Shown one piece after another: positions 13,700 to 26,048 of a stretch of DNA of 64,000 bases. This stretch comes from Tubiluchus corallicola (lineage: Eukaryota; Animalia; Priapulida), in NCBI GenBank assembly GCA_030141605.1, contig JAQGDQ010000166.1:313187-377186 (forward strand), written 5' to 3'. Numbering within the stretch: the stretch's first letter is position 1; each line of letters starts with the position of its first letter. Made by a program: the position numbers and the translations under genes. Under the pieces are notes generated by a model. That model did not search any database and was not told where the DNA came from. It saw only the letters and a program-made list of their open reading frames with translations.

Positions 13700-14480
13700 G
13701 TTTGTAAATTTAAACTGCATTAGGCGCAGCCATCATAACGTACGTCATCTGAAACAAGTTTAGATGTTTGAAAAAATCAAAGCATTCGTGTTACACGTTT
13801 CGATAACTACTTCAAAAACAAAAGCTAAAATTACTTCATAACTATACTAAAGTAATTTTTGGTAAAGCAATTGGTGGTGGTGAAATTTTAACTGGTAGCA
13901 CTAACATTATAAATTTCCTTTCTAGTTACATAACTTTGGTGGTACGAATTTTCCTTTCTAGTTACATAAGTCTGGTGGCACGAATTTTCCTTTCTAACTA
14001 CATAAGTCTGATGGCACGAATTTTCCTTTCTAGCTACATAAGTTTGGTGGCACGAATTTTCCTTTCTAGTTACATAAGTCTGGTGGCACGAATTTTCCTT
14101 TCTAGTTACATAAGTTTGGTGGTACAAATTTTCCTTTCTAGTTACATAAGTCTGGTAGCACACATTTTCCTTTCTAGTTACATAACTCTGGTGGCACACA
14201 TTTTCCTTTCTAGCTACATAAGTTTGGTGGCACGAATTTTCCTTTCTTGTTGCACAAGTCTGGTGGCACGAATTTTCCTTTCTAGTTACACAAGTCTGGT
14301 GGCACGAATTTTCCTTTCTAGTTACACAAGTCTGGTGGCACGAATTTCCCTTTCTAGTTACATAAGTTTGGTGGCACGAATTTTCCTTTCTAGTTACACA
14401 AGTCTTTCGAACAAGTACGCGTAATGCTAAGCGATATAACTTTGTATGGATGGTTTTTTGCGTGTACTTTAAATTACCCC
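13700..14480 (-). mobile_element. Family A-related MITE hosting a 36-bp minisatellite
   Basis: TAGGCGCAGCCAT..AAACAAGTTTAGAT upstream and AGTCTTTCGAACAAGT..TAATGCTAAG downstream match the family A reverse strand. Confidence 0.65.
13912..14405 (+). repeat. 36-bp minisatellite, about 14 copies
   Basis: Unit TTTTCCTTTCTAGTTACATAAGTCTGGTGGCACGAA. Confidence 0.95.
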
Positions 14481-14850
14481 TTTCCTCCCCTTTAATCCTC
14501 CCCTTTAAACTTCCCTAAATACTGACCAAATAATTCTTTTAGTTGTGCTTCAGTAAGTGCATATGGAGGTCCAGGGTAAATGATTTCATCGTGTTCCCAT
14601 GTTTCTATAAAAAACTTTGCTTTCGGATCAACCATAACGCCTTTTATTAGATCCACATATCTGAAAAATATTGAATAAGAGCCGAAGATTATAGTTACGT
14701 ACCAACACAGACAAAGAAAACAATTCTTTCTGTAAGAAGAGCCTATTTTGCTATGAAGTCAACTTGAATTTATTATTACAAATAAACAAAACATAAATAA
14801 GTTGTTACACACAAATAATAGACTCGCAATGCCAGCCGTATTTATGTCAA

Positions 14851-15651
14851 CCCTTAGCCGACCAAGGTGGGGTAAAAAATAGCCTCAGCAATGTTTGCTC
14901 ACATTTTTTATATTGACCCATACAACAAAATATTTTCAACTAGTAGTAATTAAACGTTTTTCAATATGTTATGCAACCATACCTTGCTTTCGTTGAAAAC
15001 TATTATTTATGTTTTTACGAAACACGACTGCCAGACGCTACCTGTCGTGGGGGTAACTTATTACCCCGCTTGGTCTTTTATGTAGGCAAAATTTTGGAAG
15101 TTACATTGCAATATTTTTCTTTCTGGCAGCGCCATATGCTTATCTTGACAACTAAGAAGTGCTGTAAACCTCCAATTGCAGCTTACAGTTTTGCGAAGTG
15201 ATCCAGCTATCTGTTGAGGAAATTCCACATTAAATTTTGTGGACATTCTTCATTTAGTAATATGGCGGGAACTTTAGCTGTACAGGTGCCTAAGCTTGAA
15301 GTTGATGAAGATGAAATTTTAGAAGATCCAGCAAGCGAAGACGAAGTGGATGTCTCAGAATTAAACAGTGAACACCGTAGGCTATTATGTCATGAAACTT
15401 GATAAACCACGCAAAAACAGTATATCTTAGGCACTATAGTACAGTGGAGGAATGCCTCTTTGTGTCCTTCATACCCTCATACATCTACGACAACGTGACA
15501 CAGAATTTGGTTTTGCACTAGCAGGTGCATCTCCATTGCTACTTGGTCATTCTATATAGTTTGTAACACATATTAAGCAAATTTTTCCGGGGTAATTTGT
15601 TACCCCGTATGGTGTTTAATGTAATACAAAAACCTTTTGGTCGGCTGAGGG
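14851..15651 (+). mobile_element. piggyBac internal-deletion derivative
   Basis: TCAA-CCCTTAGCCGACCAA ... TTGGTCGGCTGAGGG-TTAA; internal GGGGTAA..TTACCCC palindromes; short acidic ORF remnant at 15262-15402. Confidence 0.85.
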
Positions 15652-16591
15652 TTAAGTCTGTTCGCTGATGCGTGTAGTTGTGGTCGTGGCGAAGGCCCTG
15701 TTGCATTTTCCCGCGCTTTGTTAGATAGCAGCAGCTATACCAGTCGAATCGCTGGCGGGCAGAGTCCTCCATTAAAAGCAATGGTTTTGTTATCTGCCGG
15801 AATTCGTTTTCCAGTTTAATCTCTTCTGTTAGTTATCGAAGTGTTCATGGATAGCTTGACATTGTAAGTTCGTATTTTATGGCTAGTAGCAAATATGTTT
15901 TCTAATAATTACGTAAAATTCAATTTCTTTCGTCCTCACTTTGCCTTCGATTGGGCGACCATTTATGATTAAAGTTCAAACAAGTCTACTGTTTCTTATA
16001 CAAAAATTTACTGTTATGCCTATATACAGAAATAAAGTACATCGTATAATTCATTATCCCAATTCGTGGTTCAAGTTTTGGTTTCTGTAAACAAATGGTC
16101 CCGCTACATTTATATGTATTCATATTCGTTTAGAACATACCCTTGCCGATATGATTTTGGCAATACATGAAGTCCATACACGTCTAGTATAAAATCAAAC
16201 GCTCCTTCCGTATCCCTAGAAACAAGCGTGATTTTACCATAAGTTCATAATAAACAAGACAAGCAATAATAATGAAGGGTCTGCATTTGAAAAGCCCACG
16301 ATCACCAGACCAATTACAGGTTATCAATTGGTCCAAAAGCCAAATGTCAATACTACTGGTCTGCATTTAAAGTTGCAATGTACGACCAAAATGTTATTTA
16401 CTTTCGGTCTGTCAAATGGGTCAAAGTCAGGAGCGCTTTTCTTTGGTTAATCTGACTGAATACCACACGCCAAATAGGTTTAATGGGCATGACTGGCTAA
16501 AATGACGAAACTTGGATGGCAGAGGTCAAAACAACCAAAGGTGGTAGAGAAGAACTACCAAAGAACAGTCATGGTATTTAATGTTTACTGT

Positions 16592-17109
16592 AGACTGTGG
16601 AATTGCAGCACCCCCTATTTTCACTCAATGTTATCGATAATATTCAGTATAATAAGTCTTTTTACTCCATTTCTTTCTTTATACTTGTGCGGAACCAGAG
16701 CACGTCAGGGTAGTACTGTTTGCTTCACAGCCCAGGACAGTCGTGTGTTTGGCTGTTGTGCGCATGCGGCCATGTACACATGTCTGTGATAACATGCTGC
16801 ACATTACACTGCTAGCGTCTGCTGCTAGGTAGAGAAAGTACGGTCGCTCACACAGCTTGCTGTCAGTTGTCACGTGTCTAGAAACCGTGTACCGGCATAT
16901 TCTTGAACTGCGGCAATTTAGGCTATTCGTGAGCAAAATATTTTTTGTTTAGGATTTTATCAAGTTTATGTATAAATTTTCGTGTGTTTGTTTGTTAAAA
17001 ATGACGACATTAAAATTACACGCGTTTGTTTCGTTTTGCACAGTATTAAAACAATGGCTAAATTTTATGATGCAGCACCACCACTAATTTTAGCTAGGAG
17101 TCGCCACTG
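16592..17109 (-). mobile_element. Family H MITE (CAGTGGCG terminus, hAT-like), one end missing
   Basis: Reverse complement of 26090-26555; ends GAGTCGCCACTG. Confidence 0.75.
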
Positions 17110-17634
17110 GTTATGACAGTATCATATATCATCGTTTATGTCAGGCAGGTCCTTTAACAACTTGTCTAACAGCAATTTCAAAACTGAACACATCAAACGA
17201 AGTACAGTAAATGGCATTAATACTATAATTTCATTTTATGGCTTCTTGTAGACTAATGCTTGGTGAATGGTAGAAGTGACATTGAGAGGCTCAATTAAAT
17301 ACTTTAGCTCATACCAGAATGCGTGAGAACTATTCCCAAACACCCAGAAACTTCTAGAAATCTGACTCTGCCCCATTTGAGCTATAAAGTATGCCTTCTA
17401 TATAACTTGTTCATAAGCCGTGCAAGGTCGTCAGCAAGGACTTCAAATGTATTCATAATATATCTTGTCGAATCACATAAAAATGACATACTTCGTGAAA
17501 TTTGCTATGTCGCATGCGTAAAGTTTCAGTTTTCCATCTAAACCCTATAAAACAAAAGGTTGACATTGTAATATTTTACACACGGTTATTGTGTTCAGTG
17601 TTGATACTACTTGAAAACTAGTCATTACGTAATA

Positions 17635-18010
17635 AGCCTTTTCACAGTTCCAGCGATTGATAATGATCGTGAAAAGATCAAAGGTTAAGTGTACCAAACA
17701 ACACATTTGTGTACACTTGACAACCCACGCAACCTTGCAGCCCACGCTATTGTAATAGTAATGGTTCTAACAGCTAGCTAGAACCTTACATAGTTCATCG
17801 TTTCTTGTTCCCAAGCAAGATCCTGCTAGTATTACGCACACACTAATGCATAGTCAGCGTAAAATAACTAAAGTTAATGAACTGACGTAGCAGACTGCTT
17901 TGATTTCTTTCGCATCACGTGACGGTTGTAGTTAGGGCGCGTTGCTGCGGTACACTTAACCTTTTACCTGCAGCAATTGCGCGTGCGCACAACGAAACCG
18001 CGAAAATGCT
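17635..18010 (+). mobile_element. Family F MITE (unclassified TIR element), full length
   Basis: TIR AGCCTTTTCACAGTT / AACCGCGAAAATGCT; inner inverted repeat AAAGGTTAAGTGTACC / GGTACACTTAACCTTT. Confidence 0.8.
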
Positions 18011-18287
18011 TACTACGAACGAAAGTAGTGAATTTTCGTGTATAATAATAATAAGGTTCCATTATCAACGTTTTTACTATTAAAACTACTAAAATAGTTT
18101 TTGCATTGGGAAAATGTGTCCTACGGTGACTGTACGGCATATATTACCATTCAAACTAACTGTGTAATACGCTGGAAACAAAATAAAATTAAGGCAAAGA
18201 CTGGTTCTGTGTTTCATAGACAACTCGGTACATATATAGTAAATTGTTAATAATTTTTTATTAGAAAAATCCAATGTTTCTATTGCC

Positions 18288-18663
18288 CAGTGCCGAATTA
18301 AGGCATAGGCTTTATAGGCTGCAGCCCAAGGGCCCCGACAACTGAGAGGCCTCCAGAGATTAAGTGAAATTAATTTACTGTGAAAAGTTAATTAGTTCTG
18401 GTAAGAGTATATTTTATGACATACATTAAAATACCCGTAATTCGCACATATTCAAAAACTTATGTTAATTTTGTAAATATCAGAATATCTCTTCTCTTTT
18501 TGTTGCGTTAGTTATGTAGGCCTAATGTTGGCATTATGTTATAGAAGTTGAATAAACTGATTTGAATAATCCAACATTCATGCTTTTGTTAATTGTAACT
18601 TTGGGGCCTGGGGTTTCACAGTATCTGTAGCCCAGGGGCCTACGAAATCAAAATCTGTCCCTG
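18288..18663 (+). mobile_element. hAT-like MITE
   Basis: Imperfect TIR CAGTGCCGAATT / AATCTGTCCCTG with GGGCCC-rich subterminal arms; TSD only partly preserved. Confidence 0.6.
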
Positions 18664-19964
18664 ACTGCCAGTCGTCGTCAGCGTTTGCTGATAGCGTGCT
18701 TTAGAAACGTTGGACTTTTCTAACAAAAATATATTATAAATCTATTATCTAGTGAGTTGTTTATGAAACGGATATTGTAACTATGACCGAGCCGATTTAC
18801 CAATGATGATCTATGACTTAGTTTTCCCTATGCATAGAATTGATGTAGTATTTTGTGAAGTCGTACTGAGAGTCCGAAATTTCGTCAAATTTTTCGATTG
18901 GTTGATGCTTATTACGCCATCACCCACGTTTTACCGCCCTTTGTTACTTGAGAAAGGGATGTCGTTGAGAGCGGATGATCAGTGACGAATTCACCATTTT
19001 CAGTGTCGTTCTAGTGTTGCTTAATGGTTTTATTGGTTAATTATGAGTAGATATTACAGAAATTCTAAGACGCATACTTATACCACGGACTAATGGTTAC
19101 GTAATAATAAAAGGTTTATTATACAATTAGTCTTTGAATTATCGTCTTTCACTCACTGATCGAATTAAATTCCGACTGGTTTGCAAATATCTCAAGCCAA
19201 CAAAAGCTAAGGAACTTGTTAAAATGCTCCACATCGGCATTCATCGCCACTTGTAGATATTATTCTTGTTAAAAAGAATTTAAAAACTTTATCATGGATC
19301 TTATATATGGTGCTTTGACCAGCATACCTCGTACAACCTTCCTTTAACATCAGGTCGCTCCTGCTCAGAGAATTCTATTTCGTGTTTGTGAAGGAAATGT
19401 TTTATCCACTTATCTTCAATTTCTACACCAACGATGGTGAAACTTTGGTCCAGCAACCTGTTAATTACATTTCAAATTGCCATTTCAGTCACTCTAGGTA
19501 TACTCGTATCTGTACTTGTTGTTATATTTGGGTTTTTTAATTTAATTTTTCTTTAAATTTATTTCATACTTTTAAAAGTACACGGCATTATAAAAAAATT
19601 AAAAACCACTCAACTATACTATAAAATTAATAAAGAAATACGATAGAAACTAATGAAATATTTACATATATACTATATACTATACATATTAGTATTATAT
19701 ATACTATATATCTATATATATAATGTGTAGTATATAGTGTATACGTGAAATGTTTCAAATATATATATATAAATACATGTGATTTCATTGAAACTTTGCA
19801 TAGCTTACCATTTCATTGTGAGCATATTGCCACAACAAGGTGCAAGAACTCGCTTTCCTGGTAAATCACCCATCACGCTGTCTTTCAGCTTCAAAAGATA
19901 ACTAAAAAATATTCAACTTTATTTTGAATCCAATTTTTCTGTATTTAAACGAGAAAACACTTAT

Positions 19965-20598
19965 AGGACAAGAAAAGAGGTACCTGAAGTAGGTTTCAGA
20001 AAAATCACCTTATTATAATATATTACTTTACAGCAATTTTATGCATCGTACTCGCGTTAAAAGGAATTTTGGTTTGTTTTTATTTTAAATCTTCCGCAAT
20101 ACTGTTCCGACGGTGCCATACGCACAACATAATTCGAGGTAAGAAAAGGCAATGTTAAATTATGAGCCCAAAAACTTTCCGTGCAAATCTGTATTAGTTA
20201 GCATTTCGCTTACATGCTCGAAAGACTTATGTAACTAGAAATAATAATTTAAATGTTCGTGCCAATTTGTAAAATGTCGCAAGGGGAGCCACTCACTAGG
20301 CAAAAACTTATTTTAATCTTATTGAAAAGATGCAGTAATTTAAAATTTACTTAGCAACATGTATGCTACGAATGCTCTGATTATTTTTTTCAAAATTCAC
20401 GTAATGTTATTTGAATTTGTTTCAAACGATCTACCATCAAAATGGCTGCGCCTAACGGTCATCGCGGGAGTTTAAATTTACAAATTTTATACAGCGTTGC
20501 TGCCGACGTAAACCCTGCATACAAAAAGGCAGTACAGTACGTAAGAGGTATAAAAGGATTTTTTTCAGTTTTATGTAAGTGGAGGGTTTTCTTGTGTG
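19965..20598 (+). mobile_element. Family A MITE (Kolobok-like), full length
   Basis: TTAT-AGGACAAGAAAAG ... GTTTTTCTTGTGTG-TTAA. Confidence 0.85.
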
Positions 20599-22004
20599 TT
20601 AAAGGAGATTTAATAATAATGTTAGTACGGTATGTGCGATTAGAAAGAAATACATTCAATTTGTAAATATATAGTTACTAAATGCACTCATTTCAATAAA
20701 AACCGGCAAATTTGCATTGATCTAGGTGCATATTCCTAGTAATCAATAGGCTAACAAGGCTATAGCCTAGGGCGCCAACGTCTGAGGGCGCCATATTTTA
20801 GAAAAAATTTTTAATTTCCTCGGAAAATGTGTATACTTTCATATTCATGTACTGGACGCATTTTATAACACATCACAGGCAGTTACTGAGGCTGCTTCCA
20901 TATAAGTGTCACATAGCGAACAGTTGCAAGATATTACACAACAAGCAGCTGTGCAGCCTACTTGAATATAGGCGCTATGCAAATACATGTAATTAATAAA
21001 GACAACACAGAAACTAGGTTGATAGTGTTTCTAATACACCACAAATAATTGTTTGAATTGCGCATTACATTAACGACCAAATATTCACAATAAAGATGGG
21101 CGGGACGGAAGTATCAGCCTAGAGTGACGTAAAGTCGTGATAGGCCCGTCTATATTACATAACGATAATATTATAGTTATAACAACTTGATGATACTGCT
21201 ATAGTGTACTACCTTACTGAATAGGTCACTAAAGTAGTAGTTATTCACGTGTAAGCTTACTGGTTAACTACGTTATACGCTTCGTAATCCTCTTCGTCTT
21301 CTTCTTGGTGTTGATGATGATGACACTCGCTATTGTCGTCACCGTGGTGATGATGATGTTGGCCATGTTGATCGTCTGTGTGCTCATAACCACAGTCGCA
21401 CTGAGCGTTGTCCTTCTCGGCCATTAGGACCTGATCACAAAAAAACGTCTAGGTGTCCCAGAAATGTGCTTTTTATAGGTACCACTGAGCTACGTTGTTC
21501 AAGCAAGTCAATATATGATTCTATTGCGCTGCACGATACTAACACACGCGTACCTGGTGAGTCAATAAAATCAACCTAGTTCCACGAGGGTATTATATGC
21601 CCTGACAACATTAGACATGCTTGCTACAGGCAACAGCTCAGTGTAACTACGTGGTGAACGCATAACTGCTGTCCAAAATGTTTAATGTTTAAGATCGACG
21701 GTGGATTATTTTTAGTGAGTGAAACAACTGCAGCCTTGGAAAATCAGTCAGCCATTCGCCTAGCAATAATCAATAACAAGCAGCAGCGCCTCGCAGTGTA
21801 GGAATTGGGAAGCTTTAAGCGAAAGAAAAATTTTGCAACTCTGTTTAACTTTCAGAAACTGGTTTTAGTAACCGTTGCAAAGTTTTCAGACAACATTTGG
21901 AATGATATAATACTTACATACATATATATGTATACTGCCTGCTTGCTTACTTACTGGTGTACTTAATTTTACAAGTGTAGCTTACTTGTGTAAAATTAAA
22001 TACA

Positions 22005-22084
22005 TCAGTAAGTAAGCAAGCAGGCAGGCAGGCAAGCAAGATAGTTAGCTAGCTAGTAAGTAAGTAAGTAGGTAAGTTGGTTAT

Positions 22085-22121
<37 letters not shown>

Positions 22122-22181
22122 CATTCAGTCAGTCAGTCAGTCAGTCAGTCAGTAAGTAAGTAAGTTAGCTAGCTAGCTAGC

Positions 22182-22221
<40 letters not shown>

Positions 22222-22285
22222 CAGTCACTCAGTCAGTCAGTCAGCCAGTCAGTCAGTTAGTTAGTTGCTTAGTTAGTTAGTTAGT
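22005..22285. repeat. Compound tetranucleotide microsatellite (TTAG/TCAG/CTAG/TAAG)
   Basis: Direct reading. Confidence 0.95.
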
Positions 22286-22580
22286 TCGATGCTTTATAAT
22301 AATAATAATAAAGCTTTATTTTTGCATACATAAACACAAGTACAATTAACAAATCACAAACGTAAATAAACAACGCATACAAGAACACGTCCCTACAAAT
22401 ACAGGGTTCCTTTTAAGCGAAGTTGATTAGGAAATGCCATAATTTATAACAAACACATCTACATATATATCACAGTGCTGACTGAATACATCAATTCTTA
22501 GCAAAAGTAATTCGTACATCTTAATTTAGAATCAAGTAATGTTGAAATTTTATGCACATAGTTAATCAACAATTTCATAA

Positions 22581-23199
22581 AGCACAAGAAAACCCTCCAG
22601 TTACATAAAGCTTAAAAATTCGTCTTGAAATTTTGTACCACTTACATACTAGCTTTTCGTATGCATGGCTTGCATCAGAGGTAACGCTGCGTCAAACGTG
22701 TGAATTCAAACTCCCGCGATGACCGTTAGGCGCAGCCATTTTAATAGTAAGCGTTTGCAACATGTTTTGATAACATTAAGTAAAGTTTGAAAAAAATAAT
22801 CAGAGCATTTGTAGCATACGTTTTTGGTTAGTGAGTGGCGCACCCTGGAGGGTGGGTCAGCGAGATTTTGCCAAATGGCACAAACATTTTAAATTATTAG
22901 TCTAGTTACTTAAGTCATTCCAGCAGGTAAGCGAAATACTAAGTAATATAGATTTGCACGGAAAGTTTTTTGGGTCATAATTTAACATTGCCTTTTCTTC
23001 CTCTGATTTACGTTGTGAGTATATGACGTCATGTAATGGCGCCGTCGGAACAGTATTGCAAGAAATTTAAAATGAAAACAAACAAAAAATCCTTTCAACT
23101 CGAGTACGATATACGCATAAAATTGCTGTAAAGTAATATATTATAATTATTTAAGGCAATTTTTCTGAAACCTAATTCAAGTACCCCTTTTCTTGTCCT
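22581..23199 (-). mobile_element. Family A MITE (Kolobok-like), full length
   Basis: ATAA-AGCACAAGAAAAC ... CTTTTCTTGTCCT-TTAA; an empty-site paralog lies at 57328-57390. Confidence 0.9.
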
Positions 23200-23539
23200 T
23201 TAACTTCCACATCTCCACTTTTGTTATTAATTTAATAGCTTTAGTTTTTAATGCGATTTTAACTTTATATAACGCTTTTGTGTGCTGAGATAAACATTAA
23301 TCTAAACAAATAAATATTTTCCATTTTTTACTGACATGCGCAGTTTGGCAACATATTTGCTAGTATAAATGATTCATTCAGACGAATTCATTGCAGAAAC
23401 TAAAGAATGACAAATTGTCTGACAGCTGACAAGTTAGTTGAAACTAAAAGAGTTTATTCGAGAAAATTTCGCTCCATTTCTTAACAAATGAATTGGGAAG
23501 AGGCGATTTACATTCGAGCCATACATCACTAACGTTCAG

Positions 23540-24273
23540 AACGGATTCTGAAAAAGTTTGGGTTAGGAGACGCCGCCGCGGATGCCGCCGCCATCTCTGC
23601 GTCGCTGGCTGTCATTAACTGCGCACGATGAAGCCAGCGCTCGTAGACCCCGTGACCCACGCGTGTCGCGTAGAGTCATTAAATGGGATGCGTTGCTCGA
23701 GGAAACCTGTCAGTCCGAGAGGCTCAGTTCATAACATAGAAAATCTATTTTACGCAAGCGAGTTATAATCCCTGTAATTGTGCTGAGTGGTAAGCTCCAG
23801 TAATGAATCTTATTAAAAGCACTCAGCGCACTTTCACGCGGTAGTTTAACTCTTTACGCGCGTGTGTTTATGACGTGTGGGTGTTTTTAACGTTGCATTA
23901 CGCGTTTTGCGCTTGGAGAATTGATTTCAATTTTAGTTATGTGTCGCTGCAGAACAAACGCCGTGATTACACGGTGTAATATCTGAAGGGAATTTTGTGT
24001 TTGTATGATCGTGGTTATTTAAAAGAGTAGTGTTGCATTACGGCAGGAGGGCTTTCGTCTCCGTGGTGAAATCCTCGCGTTTTTGCGAAACTTTTACACG
24101 CGTGAGAAAACTCCATTGTGGGATTTGTGAACAATCCAAAAGGTTTAATTAATGCTGCGCAAACTTCGAATAAGTAAGATTAATTTCTTCTGACGCTAAT
24201 TCCATTTTCATTTTTGACTGTATGTTCATTTTGCTGATGTGAAATCAGAGGCTCTTTCATCATCACGGTAAGT
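23540..24273 (+). promoter_or_regulatory. Candidate promoter and non-coding first exon
   Basis: CpG-rich stretch not matching any repeat family seen here; Inr-like TCAGTC/TCAGTT at ~23709 and 23724; consensus donor ACG|GTAAGT at 24267/24268. Confidence 0.35.
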
Positions 24274-24377
24274 ACCGTCATTTATTTAATGAATGTCCGT
24301 ATTAACTCTTTCATTCTCGCCAGTTGACAATAGGTGTTAGTAATATATAAAATTTTTAATAAATAAACAAATAACTA

Positions 24378-24510
24378 GATGGATGGATGGATGGATGGAT
24401 GGATGGATGGATGGATGGATGGATGGATGGATGGATGGATGGATGGATGGATGGATGGATGGATGGATGGATGGCTGGCTGGCTGGATGGATGGATGGAT
24501 AGATAGTAGA
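24378..24510. repeat. (GGAT)n microsatellite
   Basis: Direct reading. Confidence 0.95.
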
Positions 24511-25516
24511 TAAAATTTATATTCGTCTCATCTATAAAACATTCAAGTACATAAAACCCAGCTTCAGCAAATGGGAGATCAATTTTGAGCAATAAGAGAC
24601 CAAATTTCACATAATTACAATAAAAGAAGAAGTTGACACGCTGCAAGTGTAGGTACTAAAACCAGGAAGTAAATTAAACATCATAAAAAGTACAGAGTTT
24701 CTGAAAACTTAAATGGATAGAACTAACAAACTAATTGGTGTTTCACTTTCATTTTATCCAAGCAATGATTTTCTTCTTTTTTCCAACATCTCACATTAAA
24801 CTTTGGCAGTAATTATACATATCTCGGGGTTTCCCATTAAATAAACAAACTTTATATCATGTGGTATGTAGGCTTATACAGATGCTCTAGAGGCATCTAA
24901 AATAACTCATAGTCTAATGTGCCAAGATGCAAATGCAAATGTTTTTTTTTGGAAAAGACAAATATAAAAGCTAATTAACCAAAAGTTGTAAAATGCAAGA
25001 AATGCGACGATGCATTTCAAGTAGAAAGGGAATCGAAATAATATATTAACGAATTCAAAATGTTAAGTACAAACAATAAAACGTAACTACGTGTTTTACT
25101 TTGTCACTAAAGTTTTTTGCGCATGATTTCATTTGTAATAAACTCCGTCAGTACGTGAATCAAACCATTTTGCTACAAAGTAAATCAGCATTACCTTTGA
25201 GAAAAAACTAAAAGGGTACGTTTAATAAAAACAATACCTGCATCACTTGAATAATTTCTTTGAAAAGCAGGTATGTTGCGTCACCTAAGTTCTAGCGCCA
25301 TGGCAAAATATCCGTTCCAGAAACAACTAAACTGCAGAACTAAGACAAAGTTTCACTGTTATTTATACCTACTTTATAACCCTTGTAAATAATACGATTG
25401 TGTAAACGTCATCGTAAAAGCTGGATAAACAAACTATAGTTGAATTTAAAAACGTTGATTTTGCGCACAGACGACAATTCAGCTGCTCAGAACTGCGGTC
25501 TGTAGTTTCTGATTGT

Positions 25517-25913
25517 TAGGGGTTAGCTACCAGAAAGCGAATTCGAATCGAATCGAATTTTTGACTTTTACTCGAATCAAACGGATCTTCAGCAGTTTCG
25601 AATCCGAATCGAATTCGATTTCAGTTTTAAAGATTTTCGAATATTTTTTTCGAATCACTAATAAAACGTGGTCTCACAAAGACCATGCATATTACATGAC
25701 TTTGTTATACACTAAAAATACCAATAATTTGTTTAAAAAACAAAAATCCCGCATAAATTACGCTGATGTTTTGCAATGAAGTTACAAATGTTTTAATGGC
25801 AAAGAACGTATGTAGTTGAAGTGCTGAATTATTCGGATTTATAATTTTTGGGTCGAATCGATTCGAACTAAAAAACATTCAAATCGAATTCGAAGATTCG
25901 ATGCTTACCTGTA
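25517..25913 (-). mobile_element. Family E hAT-like MITE
   Basis: TAGGGGTTAGC ... TGCTTACCTGTA; reverse complement of 4808-5184. Confidence 0.75.
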
Positions 25914-26048
25914 GTTACTGACTGTGTAAAACGATTCGTCCTCTCCAAATTCAAAACGACCAACGCACTTTTTTGAGAGACTCGAAATTACCCACAAAGC
26001 TGGGCTATACTAATAAGTAATTCGAGATAATCGACGTAAAACTTGTAC

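Noticed and set aside
13912-14405. CRISPR-like regular 36-bp repeats
   Set aside because: Units are head-to-tail with no unique spacers, no cas genes, eukaryotic context; the same applies to the arrays at 40780 and 58590.
21290-21430. Hydrophobic short ORF (FFLVLMMMTLAIVV...)
   Set aside because: Looks like a decayed (GAT/GTC) trinucleotide repeat; no splice or start support.
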